Shown: piece after piece, positions 16,499 to 23,835 of the stretch
How the letters are laid out: each line of letters begins with the position of its first letter
Numbering within the stretch: position 1 is the first letter of the stretch
NCBI GenBank assembly: GCA_002695005.1
Contig: NZNT01000026.1
Span: 381,588 to 421,587, forward strand
Length of the DNA: 40,000 nt
Source of the DNA: Maritimibacter sp.
GTDB lineage: Bacteria > Pseudomonadota > Alphaproteobacteria > Rhodobacterales > Rhodobacteraceae
Direction of reading: 5' to 3'
Translations under genes and position numbers: made by a program
Notes under the pieces: model-generated
Told to the model about the DNA's origin: nothing
Seen by the model: the letters and a program-made list of their open reading frames with translations, nothing else
Database searches by the model: none

Positions 16499-17541
16499 TA
16501 TTCCGCCGCTACCTCGGCAGCCTTCAGCTCCGCCTCGATCTGCGCCTTGGCGGCGCGGGTCAGGACCTGCCGGATACGGCTTACACCAAGGTCATGCTGG
16601 TAGAGCATCTCGCGCTTGCGGGCGTCGTCCGGCATGCCTTCGAGCATGACGCGGTCCTGCTCCAGCACGTTCCAGTGGTTCTCCTCAAGCTGGGCGCGAT
16701 AGAGGAAACGCCAGCTTTCGCGCGCGGTCCCTTCCACCTGGCGCATCCGCCAGAAGAAGACCTTGGTCGTGTGGGCGTCCATCGGGGTGGTGTAACCGAT
16801 GATGCGGAACACGCCGCCCGGGCCGCCTGCGGGTGGATAGGGAATGTCGAGGAAACAGAACATCGTGCCTTGGTGAACCTCGAACTCGGTCCAGTCGAAA
16901 TTCTCACCCGTCTGGCCGACCCGCTCGATCCGGAACCCGCTGTCGGTCTTGTCGAGCTTCATGAGGTCCTGTTTGGAACCAAATGCCAGCGTGAAGCTCT
17001 CGGAATGGAGGTAACAGCCGTGCATCGGGTCGGCGAGGTTGTCGAGCGCGTAGCGGTAGTTTGCCTCCCAGACGGACGTGCAGAGAAAACCAGTCCATTC
17101 GTCGCTGACCAGCTCCTTGGGCAGAACCAGTTCCGGAGCCTCCGGCTGATCGACCGAGGGGACATAGACGAACACGGCGTCGTTGCTCTCGGTCACCTCA
17201 TAAGAGGTGAGCGCCTTGCGGCCCTCAAGCGCGCAATCGGGCATCGCGGGGACCCTGACCACGACACCGTCGCCGTCGACGATCACGCCGTGGTAGCGGC
17301 ATCCGATGTGGCCTTCGTGGATCTCGCCATATGAAAGCGGCGCGCCACGGTGCGGGCAGAAGTCCTCGATGCAGCGGATCTTGCCGGACCCATCGCGCCA
17401 GAGGACGACCTTCTCGCCCAGAAGCCGGGTGCCGTAGGGCTTGGAGGTCTTCACCTCCACCGACTTCGCCACCGGATACCACTGGCCGCGCAGGCCCTCG
17501 TTCACCCGGTTCTCGATCAGGGTTTTCTTGTCGACTGTCAT
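16498..17541 (-). CDS. Rieske [2Fe-2S] non-haem-iron oxygenase, alpha-only type (VanA/TsaM/phthalate-family-like), 347 aa
   Basis: The Rieske motif is CPHRGAPLSYGEIHEGHIGCRYHG (CxH…CxxH). The mononuclear-iron region is NLADPMHGCYLH (HxxxxH). No beta-subunit gene is adjacent. Confidence 0.88.
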   Translation of the reverse strand: MTVDKKTLIENRVNEGLRGQWYPVAKSVEVKTSKPYGTRLLGEKVVLWRDGSGKIRCIEDFCPHRGAPLSYGEIHEGHIGCRYHGVIVDGDGVVVRVPAMPDCALEGRKALTSYEVTESNDAVFVYVPSVDQPEAPELVLPKELVSDEWTGFLCTSVWEANYRYALDNLADPMHGCYLHSESFTLAFGSKQDLMKLDKTDSGFRIERVGQTGENFDWTEFEVHQGTMFCFLDIPYPPAGGPGGVFRIIGYTTPMDAHTTKVFFWRMRQVEGTARESWRFLYRAQLEENHWNVLEQDRVMLEGMPDDARKREMLYQHDLGVSRIRQVLTRAAKAQIEAELKAAEVAAE

Positions 17542-17569
17542 TTCGGTGTCTCCCTGTCTTGCCCGGCGC

Positions 17570-18427
17570 TTACTGGTGCGCCTTGGGCAGGTAATGCAGA
17601 ACCCGCTCTTCGATCCGCTCCAGCACGACGTAAAGGAGGAAGCCGATCACGGTCAGCAGGATGATGGCGTTGAAGACCATGGCCGCGTTGGCCTGCCCTC
17701 CGCCGTAGGAAATCAGGTAGCCGAGCCCGGTGTTTCCGCCGACCAGCTCGCCCACGGTCACGCCGATGACGGCGAGGGTCGAGGCGATGCGCAGGCCTGC
17801 CATGAGGTTGGGCACGGTCGACGGCATCTCGACCTTCCAGAAGATGCCCAGCCGGGTCAGGTTGTAGGCCCGTGCGAGGTTCACGAGGTCCCGGTCGACG
17901 GTGCGCATTGCCTGCAACACGTTGACGAGGACCGGGAAGAACACGATCAGCACGGTAACCAGCAGTTTCGGCATCGAGTTGTAGCCGAACCACATGATGA
18001 AAAGCGGGGCGAAGGCGACCTTCGGCGCGATTTGCAGCGCGAGGATGTAGGGCGACAGCACCTTTTCCCAGAACTTGGACATGCCAAGCAGATAGCCCAT
18101 GACGGCGCCCAGAAGGCTGCCGATGAGAAAGCCCAGCACGGTATAGAGCGCGGTGGACAGAATGTGACCCAGAAGACCCTCGTTCGCCCACATCCGCTGC
18201 AATTCGGCAAGCGAATCCGACAGCGTCGGGATGATGAACCGCGGGACGTCCAGGGCGGTCGGCAGGACCTCCCACGCGACGAGAACGGCGATCAGGATCG
18301 CGACGCTCGTCAGCTTGATGCCATGCTTGCGGATCATCGATGTGTTCCTCGTCGCGGGTTTCGGGCTCGGGGCGGGGGTGTCCGGGGCCGCTTGGGCCCC
18401 GGTTCCGTGGTGGGTCGCGTCGGTCAT
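17570..18427 (-). CDS. ABC transporter permease, NitT/TauT (SsuC-like) family
   Basis: It is a BPD-type permease (…ALQIAPKVAFAPLFIMWFGYNSMPKLLV…). I chose the start at 18427, which overlaps the SBP stop (ATGA). An alternative ATG lies at 18337 (MIRKHGIKL…). The rest of the 423-aa track ORF overlaps the SBP gene. Confidence 0.82.
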   Translation of the reverse strand: MTDATHHGTGAQAAPDTPAPSPKPATRNTSMIRKHGIKLTSVAILIAVLVAWEVLPTALDVPRFIIPTLSDSLAELQRMWANEGLLGHILSTALYTVLGFLIGSLLGAVMGYLLGMSKFWEKVLSPYILALQIAPKVAFAPLFIMWFGYNSMPKLLVTVLIVFFPVLVNVLQAMRTVDRDLVNLARAYNLTRLGIFWKVEMPSTVPNLMAGLRIASTLAVIGVTVGELVGGNTGLGYLISYGGGQANAAMVFNAIILLTVIGFLLYVVLERIEERVLHYLPKAHQ

Positions 18428-19398
18428 TGCACGAATTCGTTGGTGTAGAGGTCTTCGACCGGCACGGCGGTCTGGACGATCCCGCTTTCGACATAGAACT
18501 TCTGCACGGCCGCGATCCGCTCGGGGTCGAAGCTGCCCAGCGGCTGGTCCTCGCCCTCGGGATAGATCAGGTTCGAATAGGCGCGCATGATCGCTTCGAT
18601 CTGGGCTTCCTTGCCCTCGTGCTGCGGCACGAACCCGACATATTCCTTGGCGGCCTGAGCCGGGTCGGACGTGATGTCGCCGATGGCCTTGAGGACAGCG
18701 CCCACGAAGCCGGAGACGATCTCGGGCCGCTCCGCAATGGTTTCGTCCGACGCGATGATTGCCTGCGCCATGGCCGGGAAGATCGTGTCGACGGGAACCT
18801 GGTCCATCTCGACACCGGCGCCTTCGATGGCGGCGATCCATTCCGGCACACCCGACATGCCGTCGAGTTTGCCGGCGATGTTGAGCTGGATGATGCCGCC
18901 CGGTCCGACCGCCTGAATATCGACGTCGTCCTTGGACAGGCCGACCGAGGCGAGCACGCCGAGCAGGTTGTAATAGGTGGTATCCTGGAACGCGAGCACG
19001 CCGATCGACTTGCCGGCGAAATCCTCCGGACCGGTGATCCCGCTCTCGGTACGCCAGGCAAGCTGGGTCAGGCCGCGACCGCCCAGCAGGGCGACCCCGC
19101 GGATTTCGAGCCCGTTGGCACGCACGATGATCGGCGTGTCGCCGATGCCGCCGCCGAGATCGGCATTGCCGAGCGCGACCTGCGTCGCCACGTCCGCGCC
19201 GCCCTTGCCGACCTGGAAGGTCACGTCGAGATCGGCCTCGGCGAAGTATCCTTTGCCAAGAGCGAGCTGGAACGGCGCGAAGGCCGGGAGGAAATCAGGC
19301 GCGGGGAAGAGGTAGGTCACCTGTTCCGCCGCGAAGGCCGCCGTTGCCGACACCGCGATCGTCGCGGCCGCCACTGTATTCTGAAGCAGTTTTTTCAT
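18424..19398 (-). CDS. ABC transporter substrate-binding protein, NMT1/THI5-like (NitT/TauT family)
   Basis: It has a signal peptide (MKKLLQNTVAAATIAVSATAAFA). The body is typical of NMT1/SsuA-like binding proteins. It is flanked by the cognate permease and ATPase genes. Confidence 0.8.
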   Translation of the reverse strand: MKKLLQNTVAAATIAVSATAAFAAEQVTYLFPAPDFLPAFAPFQLALGKGYFAEADLDVTFQVGKGGADVATQVALGNADLGGGIGDTPIIVRANGLEIRGVALLGGRGLTQLAWRTESGITGPEDFAGKSIGVLAFQDTTYYNLLGVLASVGLSKDDVDIQAVGPGGIIQLNIAGKLDGMSGVPEWIAAIEGAGVEMDQVPVDTIFPAMAQAIIASDETIAERPEIVSGFVGAVLKAIGDITSDPAQAAKEYVGFVPQHEGKEAQIEAIMRAYSNLIYPEGEDQPLGSFDPERIAAVQKFYVESGIVQTAVPVEDLYTNEFVQ

Positions 19399-19414
19399 TT
19401 GTTGAGTCTCCCTG

Positions 19415-20185
19415 TCAGGCTGCTTTTTCTTCGAGTTTCAGATGCTTAAAGAGCTGCGCGGCGTATTCGCCGACTTCCGGCAGAACCCGGCGCCTGATCG
19501 GTTGATCCCGATGCGGCAGGTCCACCTTGATTTCCGCGATCACCTGACCCGGACGCTCGCTGAGGACGAGAATGCGATCCGACATGAGGACGGCCTCGGA
19601 AAGGTCGTGCGTGATCAGGAGCGTGGTCTTGCCCGCGTCCTTGATCGTCTTGGCAAAGGAGTTCTGGAGAAGGAGTTTGGTCTGGGCGTCGAGCGCCGAG
19701 AACGGCTCGTCCAGCAGGATGATTTCCGGGTCGATCGAGAGCGTGCGCGCGAGGGCCGCACGCTGCCGCATTCCGCCGGAAAGCTGGTAGGGAAAGTGGT
19801 TCTCGAAGCCGGACAACTGGCAATGGTCCAGCTCCTTCATCGCACGGGCGCGCCGGTCAGCCTTGGGCACGCCGCGGGCTTCGAGCCCGAATTCGATGTT
19901 CGCGATGATGTTGCGCCACGGCAGGAGCAGGTCTTTCTGGAGCATGAACCCGACGTGCGAGTTGGGTCCGGTCACCGGCACGTTAGAAACGAGCACCTCG
20001 CCCGACGTGGGCTGATACAGGCCCGCGGTCATCGACAGGATGGTCGACTTGCCGCAGCCCGAGGGGCCGACGACCGATACGAACTCGCCTTCCTCCACGC
20101 GGAAGCTGACATCATCGACGGCGAGGAGTTCCCCGTCGCCTTGCGTCGCGAAAGATTTGGAGACATTGCGGAACTCAAGCGCCAT
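19415..20185 (-). CDS. ABC transporter ATP-binding protein (NitT/TauT family)
   Basis: From the ATG at 20185 the translation reads MALEFRNVSKSF…. Walker A GPSGCGKST, signature LSGGMRQRAALAR and Walker B ILLDEP are present. Confidence 0.9.
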   Translation of the reverse strand: MALEFRNVSKSFATQGDGELLAVDDVSFRVEEGEFVSVVGPSGCGKSTILSMTAGLYQPTSGEVLVSNVPVTGPNSHVGFMLQKDLLLPWRNIIANIEFGLEARGVPKADRRARAMKELDHCQLSGFENHFPYQLSGGMRQRAALARTLSIDPEIILLDEPFSALDAQTKLLLQNSFAKTIKDAGKTTLLITHDLSEAVLMSDRILVLSERPGQVIAEIKVDLPHRDQPIRRRVLPEVGEYAAQLFKHLKLEEKAA

Positions 20186-20477
20186 AACCGTGCTCCTGAT
20201 AGGCGGCTTCGAGATCGGCATTGATGGCGGCGAGCTCTTTGGCGAGGCTCTCTTCGGTCCAGTCGGTCCCGCCTGAGATCGGCGCAACCACGCCCCGCTC
20301 CGTGAGCGCCTTGGCGACAAGCGCGAAGTCATGCGTGCCGTCGGAATAGATATCCATGAGAGCGGCTGCGAGCGCCGTTTCCGCGTCTGTCAGGTCACGC
20401 CCCCGGCTCTGGTGCGCCAGTGCCGGACGGCCGGTATCCCGCGCCCGCTCTGAAAGTCTGTCCTTGAATGCGTCCAT
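20175..20477 (-). CDS. Small (~100 aa) hypothetical protein, possibly a recombinase-like HTH domain protein; first gene of the operon
   Basis: The ORF reads MDAFKDRLSERARDTGRPALAHQSRGRDLTDAE…HDFALVAKALTERGVVAPISGGTDWTEESLAKELAAIN…. The ATG at 20477 has GGGGG 8 nt upstream, and GTG at 20486 is an alternative start. Its 3' end overlaps the ATPase start by 11 nt. The family assignment is from memory of similar small proteins and is weak. Confidence 0.5.
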   Translation of the reverse strand: MDAFKDRLSERARDTGRPALAHQSRGRDLTDAETALAAALMDIYSDGTHDFALVAKALTERGVVAPISGGTDWTEESLAKELAAINADLEAAYQEHGYGA

Positions 20478-20511
20478 TCCTGGCACCCCCTGTCGTTTGC
20501 TCTAACGGATA

Positions 20512-20529
20512 GTGTTCAATATTGAGCAC
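20512..20529. promoter_or_regulatory. Imperfect 18-bp palindrome GTGTTCAAT|ATTGAGCAC (candidate IclR operator)
   Basis: It lies in the AT-rich divergent intergenic region, 35 nt upstream of the operon's first ORF. It is followed by further GTTCAA copies (ATGTTCAAATAC from 20531, CGTTCAATTCG from 20550). Confidence 0.4.
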
Positions 20530-20650
20530 TATGTTCAAATACGATTTTTCGTTCAATTCGATCTTGAGTCAACATCTTTTTCGGGTCTTGGGGGCGCGAA
20601 GGGCTGCGGGATGCGGCCAACTTGACCGAAGTGCCTGATATCTGGCATTA

Positions 20651-20682
20651 TTCATATTTGAAATTTACGTTCATTTATGAAC
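20651..20682. promoter_or_regulatory. Two small palindromes, TTCATATTTGAA and GTTCATTTATGAAC, upstream of the FAD monooxygenase gene
   Basis: TTCATATTTGAA spans 20651-20662 and its reverse complement is TTCAAATATGAA. GTTCATTTATGAAC spans 20669-20682 and has 6-bp arms. Both lie 33-64 nt upstream of the ATG at 20715. Confidence 0.35.
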
Positions 20683-20714
20683 ATTATACCGTGAAAGAAG
20701 AAGGAACAGCGACA

Positions 20715-21869
20715 ATGACAGGATTGACCATAGCGATAGCCGGCGGCGGCGTTGGCGGGATGACCCTCGCCATTGCGCTTCAGGCGCGCGGACATAATGT
20801 TCGGATCTTCGAACAGGCTCAGGCCTATGGCCGTGTTGGTGCGGATGTGAACCTCACCCCGAACGCGGTCCACGCACTCGACGGTCTCGGAGGGGGCGTC
20901 GGGGCCGCACTGCGCAAAACGGCGGCGCGCCCGGAGTTCCGAATCAGCCGGATGTGGGACGACGGGCGCGAGACATCACGCCTCCCCATGAGCACGGCGG
21001 CCGAGACGAAGTATGGCGCGCCGCAGCTCACCATCCACCGCGCCGACCTTCTGACCGCCCTGGAGGCCGCCCTCGCACCCGACACGATTCGCTTCGGCAG
21101 CCCGGTCAGCGGGTATCGCGAGGACGGGACACACGCGCGCCTGACCTTTGTCGACGGGACCGAAAGCGAGCCCGCGGACGTGGTGGTCGGCGCAGACGGC
21201 ATCCACTCGGTCCTGCGCTCGCAGATGTTCGGGCCCGATGCGCCGCGCTTCACAGGACTCGTGTCCTGGCGGGCGGTCGTGCCGCGTGCGGCGGTCGAGG
21301 GTCTCGACAACCTGGACAGTTTCACCAAGTGGTGGGGTCCGGAGGCCGAGCGCCAGATCGTCACCTTTCCCCTGTCGCGTGGCGAGGAAATCTTTGTCTT
21401 TGCGACCACGCCCGCCTCGGACTGGAGCGCGGAGGGCTGGACCCTGCCCGGCGACGTGGAAGAGCTGCGCGCTGCCTATGCCGACTTCCACCCCGACGCC
21501 CGCGCCCTGCTGGACGCAGTGGACGAGGTCACGCGGTCGGCACTTCATGTGCGTGAGCCCATGAACGCCTGGTCACGGGGGTGTGCAACGATCCTTGGCG
21601 ACGCGGCTCACCCGATGGTGCCGTTCATGGCGCAGGGGGCCTGCATGGCAATCGAGGACGCGGTCCTTCTGACGCGCGCTCTGGATGCGCACGCAAACGA
21701 CATCTCCTCGGCACTCCGTTTTTACGAGGACAGTCGCCGCGACCGGACAGCGGCGGTCCAGCGCGGATCGCTCGCGAACGACTGGCTCAAGCAGGGCGGG
21801 AACGCGGACTGGGTCTATGGCTACAGCGCGTGGGACGCGCCGCTGGGCGAACCGGTCGCGACGGCCTGA
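20715..21869 (+). CDS. FAD-dependent aromatic monooxygenase (salicylate / 3-hydroxybenzoate hydroxylase-like)
   Basis: From the ATG at 20715 (GAAGGAA upstream) the translation reads MTGLTIAIAGGGVGGMTLAIALQARGHNVRIFEQ (GxGxxG). Later motifs are VGADGIHSVLR and GDAAHPMVPFMAQGACMAIEDA. Confidence 0.85.
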   Translation: MTGLTIAIAGGGVGGMTLAIALQARGHNVRIFEQAQAYGRVGADVNLTPNAVHALDGLGGGVGAALRKTAARPEFRISRMWDDGRETSRLPMSTAAETKYGAPQLTIHRADLLTALEAALAPDTIRFGSPVSGYREDGTHARLTFVDGTESEPADVVVGADGIHSVLRSQMFGPDAPRFTGLVSWRAVVPRAAVEGLDNLDSFTKWWGPEAERQIVTFPLSRGEEIFVFATTPASDWSAEGWTLPGDVEELRAAYADFHPDARALLDAVDEVTRSALHVREPMNAWSRGCATILGDAAHPMVPFMAQGACMAIEDAVLLTRALDAHANDISSALRFYEDSRRDRTAAVQRGSLANDWLKQGGNADWVYGYSAWDAPLGEPVATA

Positions 21870-21892
21870 GGCCCCCCAGCCCTTCGAACAAC

Positions 21893-21917
21893 GCGGCGCT
21901 CCGGCGTCGCTTTTTTT
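21893..21917 (+). terminator. Rho-independent terminator after the monooxygenase gene
   Basis: GCGGCGC-TCCG-GCGTCGC forms a 7-bp stem with one G·U pair. It is followed by TTTTTTT (21911-21917). Confidence 0.6.
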
Positions 21918-21932
21918 CCTAGCCACGCACGG

Positions 21933-21964
21933 AAAACGGGCCGCCCCTGTCACAGGACGGCCCG
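21933..21964 (-). terminator. Hairpin terminator after the bicupin gene
   Basis: CGGGCCG…CCTGT-C-ACAGG…CGGCCCG is a nested palindrome (21937-21964). On the minus strand it is followed by TTTT (21933-21936). Confidence 0.5.
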
Positions 21965-21981
21965 GGATTGAAAGGGCGCCA

Positions 21982-22932
21982 TCAAGCTGCGGCGTAGACC
22001 ACGTCATCCTGCTTCGCAGACCCGATGACGGTCCAGACCGTGGCATGTGCCGCCCCGTTGTTACGGAACCAGTGCTTGCGGCCCGCCGGTGTCTTGACGA
22101 GGTCGCGGGGGCCAAGCTCGACCTCCACCTGCTCGCCATCCTCGGCTTCCCACCCGACGGTCAGCGACCCTTCCAGCACGAAGAAGGCGTCCTCGACATC
22201 CCGCACGAAGGGCGCGACGCCCACGCGGCTCGGCACGCCCCACATCTCCTTGCGGCAGCTGTCGTTGTCGATCCCGCCCTCACCCACATAGACCTTGCGG
22301 GTGAAACCGGCGTCTTCCCAGATCGTCGGCAGTTCGACATGGCGCACGACGTACTTGCCCATGAGCTGTTGCAGCGGATGATCGCCCGCCGGATCGAAGG
22401 GCATCGTCTTGCCCGGCTGCGCCCCGAAACTGCGCGCGAGTTCCGGCGCGTGATCCTTGGGGTGGTAATGGTATTTCGGCGGGAGCGGTTTGCCCACGTC
22501 GACCGAGATCGACATCAGGACCGGCTCCACTCCGTCCACGCGAAAGCCATGCCCGACCTCACGCGCGTTCAGGATCATGTCCTTGGGGCCGAGATTGACC
22601 TCGACCACCTCGCCATCCCGCTCCCATCCGACGATCAGCGCCCCGTCGATGATGAGGAAGCTCTCTTCGATCTCGTGGCTGTGGCAGGCCGCATAACGCC
22701 CCGGCTCCTTGTAGATGAGCGACAGGGTGAAATGGTCGGGCTTCAGGGTCGTCGTGTCGCCGACCTTGGGCGACCCGCCCGCCCCGATATAGCGCATCTG
22801 TGCGCGGGCGAGTTCATCGTATCCCGAGTTCGACGGGAAGGCGTCCCAGTCGAAGGCCTTGTCGGTGAAGCGCCCGGTATGGGCCTTGAGGTCCCCGGCA
22901 AGGGGGCTCGGAGTTCCGGCTTGGGTGTTCAT
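21982..22932 (-). CDS. Bicupin protein (gentisate/hydroxyaromatic dioxygenase-like); function unassigned
   Basis: The N-terminal cupin has a perfect motif 1, G-RYAAC-HSH-EIE-E-SFLIID-G. The second cupin domain (…APFVRDVEDAFFVLEGSL…) lacks the HxH ligands. Confidence 0.7.
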   Translation of the reverse strand: MNTQAGTPSPLAGDLKAHTGRFTDKAFDWDAFPSNSGYDELARAQMRYIGAGGSPKVGDTTTLKPDHFTLSLIYKEPGRYAACHSHEIEESFLIIDGALIVGWERDGEVVEVNLGPKDMILNAREVGHGFRVDGVEPVLMSISVDVGKPLPPKYHYHPKDHAPELARSFGAQPGKTMPFDPAGDHPLQQLMGKYVVRHVELPTIWEDAGFTRKVYVGEGGIDNDSCRKEMWGVPSRVGVAPFVRDVEDAFFVLEGSLTVGWEAEDGEQVEVELGPRDLVKTPAGRKHWFRNNGAAHATVWTVIGSAKQDDVVYAAA

Positions 22933-23007
22933 GCGTCCTCTCCTGTGTCGCGCAATGTCATGACACAGAGGTAGCCAGCGCGCGTTTCATTGCCTATACG
23001 GCGTTTT

Positions 23008-23799
23008 ATGGACAAAACACAGACCGCCGTGAACGATGACCGTTACCTCGTCCCGGGCCTCATGCGCGGGATGCAGGTGCTGGGTGCATTCACCCCGGAG
23101 CGCCGCGACATGAGCCTGAGCGACATCGCCCGCGTGATCGGACAGAGCCGGTCGGCCACCTTCCGGACCGTTTATACACTGACCCACATGGGCTACCTCC
23201 TTCATGACGAGCGGTTGAAAACCTACAGCCTCGGGCCGGCGGTCATGAAACTCGGACACGGCTACATGGCCAATCGCGAACTGGTTGAGATCGCCATGCC
23301 GGAGTTGGAACGACTGCGCGACGAAACCGACTGGTCCGCCCATCTCGGGGTGCGGGACGGGGCACGCGTGGTTTATGTGCTGCGCGTGCCGAGCCGGATG
23401 GGGATGGGCAGTATCGTCCATGTGGGAAGCCGCCTCCCGGCGGCGAGCACGACGATGGGGCGCGTGTTGCTCGCGGCCCTCGACGAGGCGACGATCACCC
23501 GCCTGCACCGTGACGGGCCACCCGCCGTGTCAGGCGGAAGTTTCCTCGCCCTTCCCGACATTCTCGCTCAGCGTGTGCGGGACCGGGAGACAGAGAATGT
23601 GGTTCAGGTGGGCAGTTTCGAAGCCGGGATTTCCTCTGTCGCGGCCCCCGTACGCGACCTCACGGGCGACGTCATCGCAGCGATCAATGCCACCCGTGCC
23701 GTCGACGGATTGACCGACGTGCCCGAGGCTGTCCAGCGCGCAGTCGTCGACACCGCTCACCGCCTGTCGCACCTGCTGGGTTACACTGCAAGAACGTGA
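23008..23799 (+). CDS. IclR family transcriptional regulator (PcaR/PobR-like)
   Basis: The translation reads MDKTQTAVNDDRYLVPGLMRGMQVLGAF…AHLGVRDGARVVYVLRV…LPAASTTMGRVLLAAL. It is divergent from the bicupin gene. The track ORF starts at TTG 22990, and ATG 23008 is equally plausible. Confidence 0.82.
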   Translation: MDKTQTAVNDDRYLVPGLMRGMQVLGAFTPERRDMSLSDIARVIGQSRSATFRTVYTLTHMGYLLHDERLKTYSLGPAVMKLGHGYMANRELVEIAMPELERLRDETDWSAHLGVRDGARVVYVLRVPSRMGMGSIVHVGSRLPAASTTMGRVLLAALDEATITRLHRDGPPAVSGGSFLALPDILAQRVRDRETENVVQVGSFEAGISSVAAPVRDLTGDVIAAINATRAVDGLTDVPEAVQRAVVDTAHRLSHLLGYTART

Positions 23800-23835
23800 C
23801 CAAGCTCGGCGGGCCAAAGAAACCAGCCTGCCGGT

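Noticed and set aside
18428-18841. N-terminal 138 codons of the 423-aa permease ORF, and the 318-aa ORF at 17538-18494
   Set aside because: They overlap the substrate-binding-protein gene or lie out of frame within the permease. The sequences are Arg/Pro/Gly-rich with no TM pattern.
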